The translations under genes and the position numbers were made by a program. DNA of 64,000 bases, from assembly GCF_964213995.1 (NCBI RefSeq), contig NW_027590117.1, forward strand, positions 3,968,001-4,032,000, in the 5' to 3' direction. Within the stretch, counting starts at the first letter, position 1. The number at the start of each line of letters is the position of its first letter. The notes under the pieces were generated by a model. That model saw only the letters and a list, made by a program, of their open reading frames with translations. It was not told the origin of the DNA and did no database searches. This DNA is from Mustelus asterias. Taxonomy: Eukaryota. Positions 26,621 to 39,168 of the stretch are shown one piece after another.

Positions 26621-27481
26621 AAGAACAAAGAACAATACAGCACAGGAACAGGCCCTTCGGCCCTCCAAGCCCACGCCGCTCCCTCGTCCTAACTAGACCA
26701 TTCTTTTGTATCCCTCCATTCCCACTCCGTTCATGTGGCTATCTAGATAAGTCTTAAACGTTCCCAGTGTGTCTGCCTCCACCACCTTGCCTGGCAGCGC
26801 ATTCCAGGCCCCCACCACCCTCTGTGTAAAATACGTCCTTCTGATATCCGTGTTAAACCTCCCCACCACCCCCGCCTCACCTTGAACCTATGACCCCTCG
26901 TGAACGTCATCACCGACCTGGGAAAAAGCTTCCCACCATTCACCCTATCTATGCCTTTCATAATTTTATACACCTCTATTAGGTCACCCTTCATCCTCTG
27001 TCTTTCCAGAGAGAACAACCCCAGTTTACCCAATCTCTCCTCATAACTAAGCCCTTCCATACCAGGCAACATCCTGGTAAACCTCCTCTGCACTCTCTCT
27101 AAAGCCTCCACGTCCTTCTGGTAGTGTGGCGACCAGAACCAACGTTCTATACAACTGCAACATCAGACCCCAACTTTTATACTCTATGCCCCGTCCTATA
27201 AAGGCAAGCATGCCATATGCCTTATTCACTACCTTCTCCACCTGTGACGTCACCTTCAAGGATCTGTGGACTTGCACACCCAGGTCCCTCTGCATATCTA
27301 CACCCTTTATGGTTCTGCCATTTATCGTATAGCTCCCCCCTACGTTCGTTCTACCAAAATGCAACACTTCGCATTCATCTGGATTGAACTCCATCTGCCA
27401 TTTCTTTGCCCAAATTTCCAGCCTATCTATATCCTTCTGTAGCCTCTGACAATGTTCCTCACTATCTGCAAGTCCAGCCAT
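26621..27481 (-). mobile_element. CR1 3' fragment
   Basis: ORFs 27047-27481 and 26743-27111 encode the CR1 ORF2 C-terminus; AAGAAC tail. Confidence 0.9.
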
Positions 27482-28409
27482 TGGAAGTGGGGGAATGGAG
27501 AGAAGTGGGGGGTGGAGAGAATTGGGGGAGGTGGAGAGAAGGGGGAGGCAATGTCAAAGCCATGTTCTTAACGGGGGAGGCAATTCATAGACAGGTTCTG
27601 AACAAGGCCAGGGGGACACAATGGCAAGAACTCATTATTCAACATTGTTGCTGTTTTCACTCCCAAACCACCGGAAGGTGCCTCATTTAGTTCCCATCTC
27701 CCAATGTTTGTTATTATTATTGTACAATGAACAGCGGAAATGTAACTGCACAATAACCACGAGAGCAGCCGTACAAACAAGTTCTACTGTCGGCAGCAGG
27801 TTTGGAGTGGGAAGGAGAGGGTTTACAAAGTGGCTGGTTGTTTATTTTTCGATATTTGTTTAAAGTGGGAGCAGGAAATAGATATCTGACCTGTGCAAAA
27901 GTTACTGCTGCTTCGCACAGCTCAACTCAATCAGCAGTGCATGGATTGGGCTGTTTCTGAATGTCACAAAACTGTTTGAAACTCGCCCCAAACACCCAGT
28001 GAGCAAAAGCAGTTTGGTGTATTAGTGAAGTGATCTCAAATATTGTTTGTGCTCATGGTTTTCCTTTTACCCAGGTTCCTAAATAATTGTTATTTGTGAA
28101 GTTCTCTCGAAACTTTTGTACCTTTTATTTCATCTGTTCCTCAGTTAAGTTAGTTATTTTTCTTTTTACAGGCAGATATTTGTTGGTCTCAGATGATTCC
28201 TTGGCACAAGCACAATTTCATCAAGCCAGTTCCAACACAAAGCAGTTCCAGTATCATTCACAGAGCACAGTGATACTGCCAACTCATTGGGTTCACTGTC
28301 ACAAAGAGAAGTATTCAGCCCCATACTGTTTGCAAGGTAAGAGACAACTTTTCAATCCAAGAGTTGAACAGGAAAAGAGGCTTTTTTTATTTCCTTCCCC
28401 ACAAATGTG

Positions 28410-29310
28410 GGACATAGGATCAGGAGTTGACCATTCAGCCCATTGAGCCTGCACCACCATTCAATCTGATTATGGCTGACCATCTCCTTCAATGCCCTTT
28501 CCCCTCTCTATCCCCAATTTCCCTTTTTGACATTGAGATTTAGAAATCTGTCAATGTCCATGAATGTTTACTCTGTGTGTGAACTTCCACAGCCCTCTGA
28601 GCTACAGAATTCCAAAGGAGCACAACGCTGAGTAAAGAAAAATGCAGATCTCGGTCCAAAGAGGATTTGCCCTTATTTTAAAATTGTGCCTAGACTCCCA
28701 ACCAGGGGAAACATCTCACCTGCATCTACCATGTATACCCTTTTAAATACTTTGTTGTTTTCAGTGAACTACAGGCCCTGTTTCCCCAGGATTTCTTCAT
28801 CAGACAGTCCCACCATTCCTGGAACAAATCTGCTGAACAGTCATTACACTCCCTCTGAGGCAATAATATTATTCGTAAGGTGAGGGGACCGAAACTGCAC
28901 ACAGTATTCTAGATGCAATCTAATAACACTGCTATACAATTAAACCAAGGCTTCACTACTCCTCCTGTACTCAGATCCTCTTGCAATAAAGACCAACGCA
29001 CCATTAACCTTCCAAATTACCTGCTTCATTTCCTTGTTACCTCCAGTGACTTATTAATGAGGATACACATGTCCCTTTGTACATCGACACTTTCTAACCT
29101 CTTAGCATTGAAGAAATACTCTGAACATCTGTTCCTTCTGCGAAAATGAAAAATCTCACACATTCCACATGATATTCCATCTGCAATGTTCTGAACCTCT
29201 CATTACTTCTGTCCAAATCCTCCTGAAGCTGCTTTGTATCTTTCTCCCAACACACATTCGCGTTGAGCTTTGTATCAAGTGCAAACTCCTCAATATTATA
29301 TTTGGCTGAC
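28410..29310 (-). mobile_element. Old CR1 3' fragment
   Basis: CR1 3' UTR (CATAGGATCAGGAGTTGACCATTCAGCCC) followed by degenerate ORF2 sequence. Confidence 0.7.
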
Positions 29311-30667
29311 AGGTAGATACATCAATCACAGGATTTTAACAAAACACACCACTCACAGATATAAAACATTGTGTCATGTTGGTCACAAATTGAATAAGAA
29401 TTCATAGCCAGAATAGACAAAAAAATGATGTTGTGATACTAAAAAAAATTGCAATTAATGACCTCAGAATATAGGTTTTGATACATTTTGTAAACCAATC
29501 CAAAAATCTCAATGAGTCAAACTGAAAGATGCAATGACAATTCTGTTACTACAAACTGCAGTAATTAATTACCAGGTGATGTATCCAAATGTTACCATTC
29601 ACAGAGCTATAAATTGAATACCATTTGCACAACTTAAAAACAGCTACTGAATATAACCCATGACTGTAAAATGTACCCAAATCCATGTGATAAATTGAAT
29701 CAAATGGCAAACAAATATCAATGCATTATGTTTTAAATAAATAGTTTCTAACACAGTGCCTGAAATGCATGTAAAGTTAAAGTGCAAAAGTATCCCACAT
29801 TTCAATACATCACAAGGAACAACTGTAGAAGGATTGATTCCTACACTTGCAAAGATAACGAGAGAATCACAGATGTAAATTTAATCCTACATTCACAAAA
29901 TCCCAAGAGACAGATGGAAGAACAAGGAATTCCATAACATACTCATGAATGACAACGACAGAATGATTCTTACACCCAAACGTTCATCAGAGGAAAAGTG
30001 AAACAAAATGAACTCCACACTCACACGGTATCAGCAAAGTAACATTTACAGAATGAATCCTGTAGTCGTACACAGCACCACAGGAACAGAGATACAGAAG
30101 GAAAATAACTTCGAGCTGCTGTACCAGGGATGGATACAAACAGTATGAATCACACACTCATGTTCTTACTCAAAATCTGAAGACTGCAAAACTGAAATCA
30201 AACTCATGTTGACTTCATGGCAAACTGAGGAACAGAATTAACCCCATATTAACATACAACAGCGGAGACTGACATAGTGCCAGAGTCACAAAATCATGTT
30301 CATCTCATCTCACACATGCAGACGGACAACAGTGTCCAATACTTATAGGCACAAAATTAATCTCATTCTTTATAAGAGATGGAGAGATGCAGATTGAGTC
30401 CCACACTCAGCCTCACTGAGTTGTTGCAGTGTATCTCACGGATGGTACACATTGTGCACCAGTGGCTGAGGAATTAAATGCTGAAGCTGGTGTGCAAGTG
30501 AAACCCAAAATATTATTTTGTTTTTGAGATTCTTTCATGTTGTTGGAGATGCACTTACCCAGTGAGTGGAGAGTATTCCATCTCTGACCTGACATGCGAC
30601 TTTTCAATTGTGGAAAGTCTTTGGGGAAATAAAGGGTCAGTCACTAGCTGTGGACATGCTCTGCTCT

Positions 30668-31300
30668 TGTAAGGAATAATCATTAAGACAACATATATTG
30701 GAAGGAATAATTATTAGGACAAGTAGGAGATAATAATTAACATAGAAGAGATAATCACTACTTAAGAAGTTCTCATATATATCACATATCTTATTAAGCA
30801 TACACATGGATACTCGCATAAATGAACATAGAAGCTGAAAGTAATTTCTTAAATAAACGTGAGAAAGTCAGACAACGGGAAAAAAGACTTGGCATAGCAG
30901 GATGCCCTACAATGGTTGAACAAGCAACAACCTTGGCTGATTAGACAATAAACTTCAGATAAGAAGGCAGGATGTAACCACAGTGATATCATAGCACATT
31001 CATTCGTGAAAAAACAGAAAGAAGGCAGATAACGTAGGTCTAGTAAATCATGGTGGCTAACAAAAAGTGGCCTTGGGGTCTGCAACAAAAAAACCTTGAC
31101 TGTAAGATAAGAATGATGAAATATGAAGCTAAATGTGGATAAAAAGGACTGTGAGAGCACTGGTTTTTTGGATTTCATCTGGGAATCCCGGCTTTATTGA
31201 AATGTACTAGCTAATAAAGCCTTGCTGCCTGGAAGATCAAGACTCAGACTCTCTATTCTGATTGATGAATTCTTCTTGCCGTCCACGGGGAACCACGGCA
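30668..31300 (+). repeat. 5' LTR (633 bp)
   Basis: TG..CA termini; AATAAA at ~31213; one mismatch seen against 38536-39168 (A31062/G38930). Confidence 0.96.
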
Positions 31301-31304
31301 AATT

Positions 31305-31323
31305 TGGCGGTTGCGAGCAGGGC
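31305..31323 (+). promoter_or_regulatory. Primer-binding site, tRNA-Ser-like
   Basis: TGGCGGTTGCGAGCAGGG resembles the complement of vertebrate tRNA-Ser(TGA/CGA) 3' ends. Candidate major splice donor AAG|GTAAGC at 31421/31422. Confidence 0.7.
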
Positions 31324-31981
31324 AGAGTTGAGGTCGTCCGGTGACTCAACCCCGGAGGGATCGAGGGAGACGGTGGTCCGACCGGAACCGAGAAGTCCCC
31401 AGCCGGCCTTCTGTCAACAAGGTAAGCAGACTTGCATGCATGTAAATCCTTGTTGTCAGAAAGGGGTTTTCGAGGCCTGGCGCACCCGGTTCTCCACTGG
31501 TCCTGGATCTCACCTGCCCAAAAGATAACCTGCATTGGTAAAGTTAAAATTGTGTAAAATATTGAGAGACTGAGTCTGATCGGAAGGGCAAATTTTGCAT
31601 GTAAAAAGCACGCTTTAGTTTTATGTACTGTATTGTCCACGAATGGGTAAAAAGTGAGACGCTACAAAAACCGAACGCTAATTGATGCAATTAGGTTAGT
31701 CGAGCGGTTAGGAGCGGGCTTCCAGGTTACGACTTGCCCAAGGAGAGTAAGTGTAGGCAAGCCTGCCAGTCCAAACCTACCCAGGACCTCGGAGAGAGTG
31801 ACGTCAGCCGAGAGGAAGGAGAGATCTAGGAGAGATTGCTCTCCTACCTGATATAGTAATTAAGGACCTACGTTGATCGCCGGAAGAAGAGAGGGGATAG
31901 GTAGTGAAATAAAGTAAAGGGGCTACAAGGAGAAGCCTGAAAAGGTTGATCTGGAATAGCGGTGTAAGCAGCTGTTGGTAA

Positions 31982-33547
31982 ATGTGGAGTGCAAAGCAGG
32001 ATCACGACAGTGATGAATCACGTAGGAATATTGCAGTAATAGATTTCTTAAGTAGTGGTGTTAACACACATTTTTTTAGAGAAGATCTAGTAAAAATAGT
32101 TGGAGGAGGTTTTAGGGAGTGGTATGAGGGTGAGAGAAATGCCCTGCTAAGAAGAATAACTGAAGTAGTTAATTTGGAGGAAGTGAATAAGGAGTGGCCA
32201 TACGTAAATTGGGACGAAATAATATACAAAAATTGGACGAGTGAAGCAGTAGAAGAAACATTGACAGAATTAATAGAAGAAATCAGACCAAGTAAGGCTC
32301 TGTTGGAAATCAGTGAGCAAGTGGAGGCATATTATCCACTAGCAGAAGAAAAAGGATTATCACCAGGAGAGGGAAGAACAGGGAAGCAAATACTGAGACC
32401 TCGGTTGGAAATACAGGTGTCAGTCAGGGAAGTGCAGTGGGAAGATAGGCCAAGGACAGAAAAAGGGAAAACAGTATATCGCATAAAAATAACAATAGTG
32501 CCAAATACCAACATATCAGAAAATATTAAGCCGCAAGGCAGTGCAAAGAAACAGAACATGCCATATCAAACTAAGACACCGGTGGAAATTCTGGGAGAAA
32601 AGTACCCAGCCCTGAAAGGAGACATAGCCCATATCTCCCAAAAATGGACCAAAAGAACAAGTAAATTAAACACACAGTGGCCAGAGGGAGGCACCTGGTG
32701 TACAGAAAGATGTGAGGATCAGAAAGGACTGGTAAAGAACTATAAATTAAGGGGTAAATCACAAAAGAGAAATCAGAAAAGAAAAAAAGAATTGGAGATA
32801 CTAACATTATTTGAAAAGGAAGGAAAAGAGAAAAAGCGCATATGGAAAATGCAAATGCCAGTTCAGATTCAGGAAAAGGAAAAATTGAAAGACCCACATA
32901 TAGCCCCGCCCCCTTATAAGGAAAACCAAGATTTTGCTGGGCTGTATCCAGTAATAAAGGGGACAGTGAATTTTGAGGGGGAATATGAAGAAAGGGACAT
33001 GACCCGCGAACAATGGGCAAAGCAGGAGGTGGAAAGAAAGGTAAAAAGGGAAGAAGAAGGTGCTAAAGTGGAAGGAGAACTGGATAACATACGCCGTATG
33101 AGGCAAGAGTTAGAGGAAGAGTTGGTTCGGGTAAGGGTGTTAAAATGGGCAAATAGAAAAATGGAGGAAGAACAGAGTAAGAAAGGTGAGGAGGCAGTGG
33201 ACAGTCAGGCAAGGTGTGAAGAGGAGGAGGGTAAGGAAGAATGGGATGAAAAATGTAAATATAGCAAGGGAAGTGCAGGAGGAAAAGGACAGGGACAGGG
33301 AAAAGCACCCTATCAGAACCAGAGGGGACAAAACCAAGGATATAATCAAGGCCCCAGGCAGGGAGGACCACCTGGCCCTCCAGGGGTATGCTGGGGATGT
33401 GGGGAAACAGGACACATAAAAAGGAATTGTCCCCAAAACAGCTATAGACAAGGAGGTCAACAACAAATGAGTCAGCAAATGATGCAAGTGCCAACCAGTG
33501 ACTGCCCAATGAGTCAGGGGCCAGTAAATCACCAGAGTTTCCTATAG
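31982..33547 (+). CDS. gag: Gag-derived ORF (521 aa): unknown leader, MA-like region, PPPY, CCHC knuckle; no recognisable capsid
   Basis: TPVEIL..KW..WPEGGTW (MA-like); PPPY at 32906-32917; CWGCGETGHIKRNC at 33389-33430; ends TAG-GGA in frame with pro. Confidence 0.85.
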   Translation: MWSAKQDHDSDESRRNIAVIDFLSSGVNTHFFREDLVKIVGGGFREWYEGERNALLRRITEVVNLEEVNKEWPYVNWDEIIYKNWTSEAVEETLTELIEEIRPSKALLEISEQVEAYYPLAEEKGLSPGEGRTGKQILRPRLEIQVSVREVQWEDRPRTEKGKTVYRIKITIVPNTNISENIKPQGSAKKQNMPYQTKTPVEILGEKYPALKGDIAHISQKWTKRTSKLNTQWPEGGTWCTERCEDQKGLVKNYKLRGKSQKRNQKRKKELEILTLFEKEGKEKKRIWKMQMPVQIQEKEKLKDPHIAPPPYKENQDFAGLYPVIKGTVNFEGEYEERDMTREQWAKQEVERKVKREEEGAKVEGELDNIRRMRQELEEELVRVRVLKWANRKMEEEQSKKGEEAVDSQARCEEEEGKEEWDEKCKYSKGSAGGKGQGQGKAPYQNQRGQNQGYNQGPRQGGPPGPPGVCWGCGETGHIKRNCPQNSYRQGGQQQMSQQMMQVPTSDCPMSQGPVNHQSFL

Positions 33548-33923
33548 GGAGGCCCAGAGAACCCCGAAATGGTAGGCCAGTATGTACAAATAACGGACAC
33601 AGCAAATCAAGAACCTGTAATCAATGTTAGAATAGGGGGGGTTGAGATCCCCATGATGATAGATACAGGAGCTACTTGTACGTGCATACAAGAAAAATAT
33701 GCAGGACACCTACCATTGTCAGGTCAGTTTGTAAAAACTATGGGGTTCTCGTGGAAAGCAGTATTGACTCAAATGACGATGCCGGTGCCTATCACCGTTG
33801 GAAACAAAACCACTCATGTGCCTGTGTTAGTATGCAATAAAACACCACTGAATTTGTTAAGATGCAATCTTAGGGTTAGGGTTAAAATTAGAGTGTACAA
33901 CTCAAGGAATTAATCTGACGGGC
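33548..33923 (+). pseudogene. pro: Retroviral aspartic protease, frameshifted
   Basis: MIDTGA active site; TPLNLL is followed by a small deletion at ~33860 where GRD is expected, breaking the frame into pol. Confidence 0.9.
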
Positions 33924-36320
33924 ATGTACGTAATTAGGGTAAGGGGAGAAGAGTGGGCCAATGTATATTGGCTAGGGGACATAGAAGAACAAATTAAAAA
34001 GCAGGTATGGGAAATTTGGGGGACATTTGTAGAGGCACAGATTCCAGACGCCGAATGGCCAAAAACTGAACTACATAGCACAATGATTTTTGATAAAATA
34101 CAACAGTCAGAGATACAGGAGAAGTGGAATAAAGAGGCAGGACAAGAACAGGAAATAAATTCGGACAGCATTTTAATCGGACCAGAGGGAACAGCCCTCA
34201 CAATTAGAAAGAATGAATGGGTCAGAAAATGGTTCTCAGTGCCTGAGACAGAACCACATGTTACGCTAAAGGTGAATCCTGATTACAGACCAAAGGATTT
34301 GGGACTTATGACGTTTAGGGCACAGGAACTGGAATTTATTAAAGCAAACAATGAGAATATTTGGATGTCGACTGACGGACAAATGATGAAAATATCTGTT
34401 AATGCAAGGATGACTGGAAGACCAAAAGAGGTAAAAATAGAGTTAAAAGATAAAGAAGTAGAGCAAGAATGGAGAGCAAAGTTAGAAAAAGATTTAGATT
34501 CTCTCCCTGAGGAATTGTGGTCAATGAACGACACAGATGTAGGCAAAGTTAAAACAGCTACCCCAGTCGAAGTAAAATTGAAGCCAGGATGTCAAGGACC
34601 TTATAAACCACAATATCCAATCAAGGCAGAAGCAGTAAAAGGCATAAGAGAAACAATCAGAGGATTAGTAGACGCAGGGGTGTTAAAAGAAACCCGAAGT
34701 AAATGTAACACACCCTTATTACCAGTTAAAAAGGCAGATGGGGAAAAGTGGAGGTTAGTACACGACCTGAGAGCAGTTAATGAAGTAGTTGAAAATATGC
34801 CAGTAGAAGTCCCTAACCCCTACACCTTATTGACTAACATACCGTCTGAAAGCAGATGGCTTACAGTAATAGACTTATGCTCAGCATTTTTCAGTGTGCC
34901 CTTGGCACAAGCGAGTCAGTACTTATTTGCTTTCAAGTACAAGGGAAAGTACAATAGAATGCCACAAGGATTCAAACACTCCCCACATGTATTCAACCAA
35001 GTGTTGAGAGCAGATTTGGCAGGGATACAACTAGAAGGAACACTGATACAATATGTGGATGACTTGTTGTTGTGTACAGAAACAAAGGAACAGTGTCGGG
35101 AAGAAAGTTTAAAACTGCTGGGAAAGCTGGCGAAAGGAGGACATAAAGTGTCAAGAAATAAATTACAGTTCTGTCAAAGAAAAGTAGAATACCTTGGAAG
35201 GGAAATAACTGTTGGACAAAAAAGAATAGCTCACCAGCAGATAGAAGCAGTATTGAAAATCCCAAAACCACAGACAGTGAGACAGATGATGACATTCTTA
35301 GGAATGACAGGATTTAGTTCAGAATGGATAGAAAACTATGCAGAAAAAACACAAGCGTTAAGGAAAATAATGAAAGAGGCCGGATGTGAGGAGTTAAAAG
35401 TGATCTTGATATGGGACAGGGAGGCCTCAGAAGCATTTGATAACGTGAAACAAGAGATGGTGCAAGCACCAGCACTGATGCTGCCTTCGTATGATAAACC
35501 CTTTGACCTTTTTGTTAGCAACAGGGAAACAGGATTCGCAACTGCTGTGTTAATGCAGGACAGCTGTAAAGGAAGAAAGAAACAAGCAATAGCTTATTAT
35601 AGCACCAAGTTAGATGATGTGGCCCTGGGGTACCCTCCATGTTATCAGGATTTGGCAGCTGCTTGGTGGGCTTACGAAAAAGCAGCTACCATCACAATGG
35701 GATATTTAATAAACATACATGTACACCACAAAGTAGCTGAATTGATTGAGCAAGGAAAATTTGTGCTGACACCTGCTAGGATCCATCATTATCGAATGCT
35801 AACCACATTCCCAGATATCACGATAATAAAGTGCAACAGAGTAAATCCAGCTGATTACATGCCATTACCTCATGAAGGAAAAGAACATGAATGCTTAAGA
35901 GAAGCAAAAACATTTATGAAACTGAGAGAAGACTTAAGAGCAGAGGGACTAGTGACAGAAGAGAAGAGGACACTGTATGTAGATGGCTCATGCTACAGGG
36001 ATCACTTGGGAAACCACGCAGGCTATGCCATAGTTGAACAAAGACCAGGAGGACTTGAAGTTATAGAAGCAGAAAAATGTGAACAGCCCTGTTCGGCCCA
36101 ACTAGCAGAACTTAAGGCACTAACCAGAGCATGTGAATTAGCAAAAGGGGAGGCAGTAGAAGTGTATACAGATTCGGCTTATGCACATGGAGTGTGTCAT
36201 CTGTTTGGATCAATCTGGAAACAGAGAGGCTTTATGAAAAGTAGTGGGGGACCAATACAGCATGAAAGTCAAATAAAAGCCTTAATACAAGCTATGATGG
36301 GCCCAAAAGAATTGGCCATA
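33924..36320 (+). pseudogene. pol: pol: 2H-like domain, RT and RNase H; integrase deleted
   Basis: LHST and PHVT motifs; RT motifs NTPLLPVKK, DLCSAFF, MPQGF, YVDD; RNase H motifs YVDGS, SAQLAEL, YTDSAY; homology stops at KELAI. Confidence 0.92.
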
Positions 36321-36609
36321 ATATTTGGAATTGGCTTGATAATGTATTCGGACAATGGGGAGCATGGTTTGCAAAGGCGGGGTTATAATGGTAGTAGTAA
36401 TAATCATAATTGGACTAATCTTTTGTTGTTTACTGCCTGCTTTGAGATCTTTTATTACCAGACTAATGATGCGACAAATGGTAGTGCGAATGGAGAATGA
36501 ACAAATCCCCGAACAAGAAGTCCAGGAATGGGGTCAAGTTGAATTACCCCCACCGAATAGACTCATGATAATTTTGATTGAGACTGACGCTCCTTGTTTT
36601 GCAATGTAG
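36317..36609 (+). pseudogene. env: C-terminal remnant of a first env (membrane-proximal region, TM helix, tail)
   Basis: HNIWNWLDNVFGQWGAWFAKAG, a 1-nt shift, then VIMVVVIIIIGLIFCCLLPALRSFITRLM; PPT-like AAAAGAGGGGAA at 36623-36634. Confidence 0.72.
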
Positions 36610-36922
36610 CACTAAAGACTGCAAAAGAGGGGAAGATCTGTTTCAATGCGTTAAAAGAAGATGGAAATTTGATTTGTATACCAGTGATCAGTATGTTCCT
36701 TCCTCAGGAACAAGGACTGTTGACACAAACTCTACCGCTCAAGTTCATGGTTCATCGAATTCGACCCAGGAAACTGAGCTATCAACTGAACTGACAAAAC
36801 AAGAGAAATCACTGAAATTGAAGCTGAAAGACTGTATAAACTAAATAGTAGTAGCGGCGACTAAGCGCGGGAAAAGAATTGTGTAAACTGTGATAAATTG
36901 TACTCTCCCTCCTTGTGATAGC

Positions 36923-38209
36923 ATGGGAAAAGTAGGGGTAGGATGGATGGGGATAATACTAGTACTTAGTATGGGGGGTGGCAAGAGTAAAAATGAACAG
37001 GAAGAAGACAGATCGCATATAAATACTTACCTATATATGTCATATATGTATGCAGAAAGATTGAACATAAGCAAATGTTGGGTCTGCACTCATGTCCCAA
37101 GCCATTCCCAAGAAGGCCTACCACTCCAGTCTCTCCCCTTTCAGATTTCAGAAACTATAGAATGGATATTGAGACAAAATAAGACAGGGGAAGGAGGAAA
37201 CATGACAATGTGGGAGTCAGCTGGGTATAGAATGACCAGGTTTGCTACATGGTACCAACCAACTTACAACCATTCCCAGTTCCCACCTGTACCGACGGTC
37301 CTAAAATCAAATGGACCAGGATCCTTCTGTTTAAAGAAAAATGTGGATGGAGCAAGAGTTGGAGAAAGTAAATGTCAGCAAACTGTAGAATGGCAACCAC
37401 CTGTGAAAGATTTAAGTGCAGCTGGTATGTTCAAAATAGACTGGACTGAAATATGCAACATCACATCAAGCAACGTGTGGGAAGGAAAAGCTGTACAACC
37501 TTAGATGACGTTGGCTGATAACTTTACGGCCTACAATGGAACTTACTTTATATGCGGTACAAAGGCATATCCCTGGCTTCCTGCGAACTGGACAGGCTCC
37601 TGTTATCTGGGATATGTAGTGCCCTATATGCACCACATGCCTTCCCTACGAAGCTACCCTTCGCGAGCAAAACGAACAATCAGTAAGATTGACTGGTTCT
37701 TTATGATGGCCTTTCCATTACATGGGACAGGAAGAACGGCAAACGAGTTAATTCTGATGGCCACAGCCCTGGAACAACTGGCTAATATCACTGCAGCTGA
37801 AGCTCGATAAACAGGGCAAGCCTTGACAGAAGTATCAGCAGAACTGATGGCAGTCCGCACAGTAGCCCTGCAAAATAGACTGGCTTTGGACTATCTATTG
37901 GCCTCGCAGGGAGGAACATGTGCCATAATTTAACAAGAATGCTGTACTTACATACCAGATAAATCTGAGAATATAACTAACCTTGCAAAGCATATCAAGG
38001 CACAAGCAGACCAACTCCAAAAGATAGGTCACGAATTCCATGATTATAACCCACCTGGATGGTTAGGATGGGTGGGAAATGGGATGTTTGATTGGATTTT
38101 TAAATCATTTATGTTACTGCTGCTTATAATAGTAGAGATAGCGTAAGCAGGATGCTTATGTCGATGTGTAATTAACAGGGCAATGGACAGCATGTACCAT
38201 TATCAATAG
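36923..38209 (+). pseudogene. env: Second env, full span with in-frame stops
   Basis: Signal peptide, CWVC, furin site RAKR, immunosuppressive domain LQNRLALDYLL, CX6CC and TM helix; stops at 37502, 37808, 37931 and ~38144. Confidence 0.93.
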
Positions 38210-38535
38210 TTTGAAAATAAGAGGAGATAATATGACCCTAGATACCATACGCATAGAGGGAAATACTTAAATGATCAAGCAAAATCAAGGAGGGAGAGAT
38301 GTGTGAGTACAAAGTGTATGAAATGTATTAATGCAAAAATGTATTTTAATGAACTATCAGGTAAAGGAAATCTGGAGGAGCAGTTCGCAATTAGGCTATT
38401 AATAAACAAAAAGGGATATTGATCCTACACTTAAGCTCCTCCACATTTCGTGAAACCAAACATAACTAAGACATATATTGGGAAAATATATCAAGAAATA
38501 GTTTAGTGAGACAATGATGTCTCAAAGAGGGGATA

Positions 38536-39168
38536 TGTAAGGAATAATCATTAAGACAACATATATTGGAAGGAATAATTATTAGGACAAGTAGGAGATA
38601 ATAATTAACATAGAAGAGATAATCACTACTTAAGAAGTTCTCATATATATCACATATCTTATTAAGCATACACATGGATACTCGCATAAATGAACATAGA
38701 AGCTGAAAGTAATTTCTTAAATAAACGTGAGAAAGTCAGACAACGGGAAAAAAGACTTGGCATAGCAGGATGCCCTACAATGGTTGAACAAGCAACAACC
38801 TTGGCTGATTAGACAATAAACTTCAGATAAGAAGGCAGGATGTAACCACAGTGATATCATAGCACATTCATTCGTGAAAAAACAGAAAGAAGGCAGATAA
38901 CGTAGGTCTAGTAAATCATGGTGGCTAACGAAAAGTGGCCTTGGGGTCTGCAACAAAAAAACCTTGACTGTAAGATAAGAATGATGAAATATGAAGCTAA
39001 ATGTGGATAAAAAGGACTGTGAGAGCACTGGTTTTTTGGATTTCATCTGGGAATCCCGGCTTTATTGAAATGTACTAGCTAATAAAGCCTTGCTGCCTGG
39101 AAGATCAAGACTCAGACTCTCTATTCTGATTGATGAATTCTTCTTGCCGTCCACGGGGAACCACGGCA
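38536..39168 (+). repeat. 3' LTR (633 bp), preceded by PPT
   Basis: AAAGAGGGGATA at 38524-38535, then TG..CA copy of the 5' LTR. Confidence 0.96.

Noticed and set aside
30849-31178. 109-aa minus-strand ORF repeated at 38717-39046
   Set aside because: Lies within the LTRs; the duplication is explained by LTR identity and no protein motif is recognisable.
33870-33884. TTAGGGTTAGGGTTA telomere-like repeat
   Set aside because: Two units only, encoding LGLGL in the protease C-terminus.
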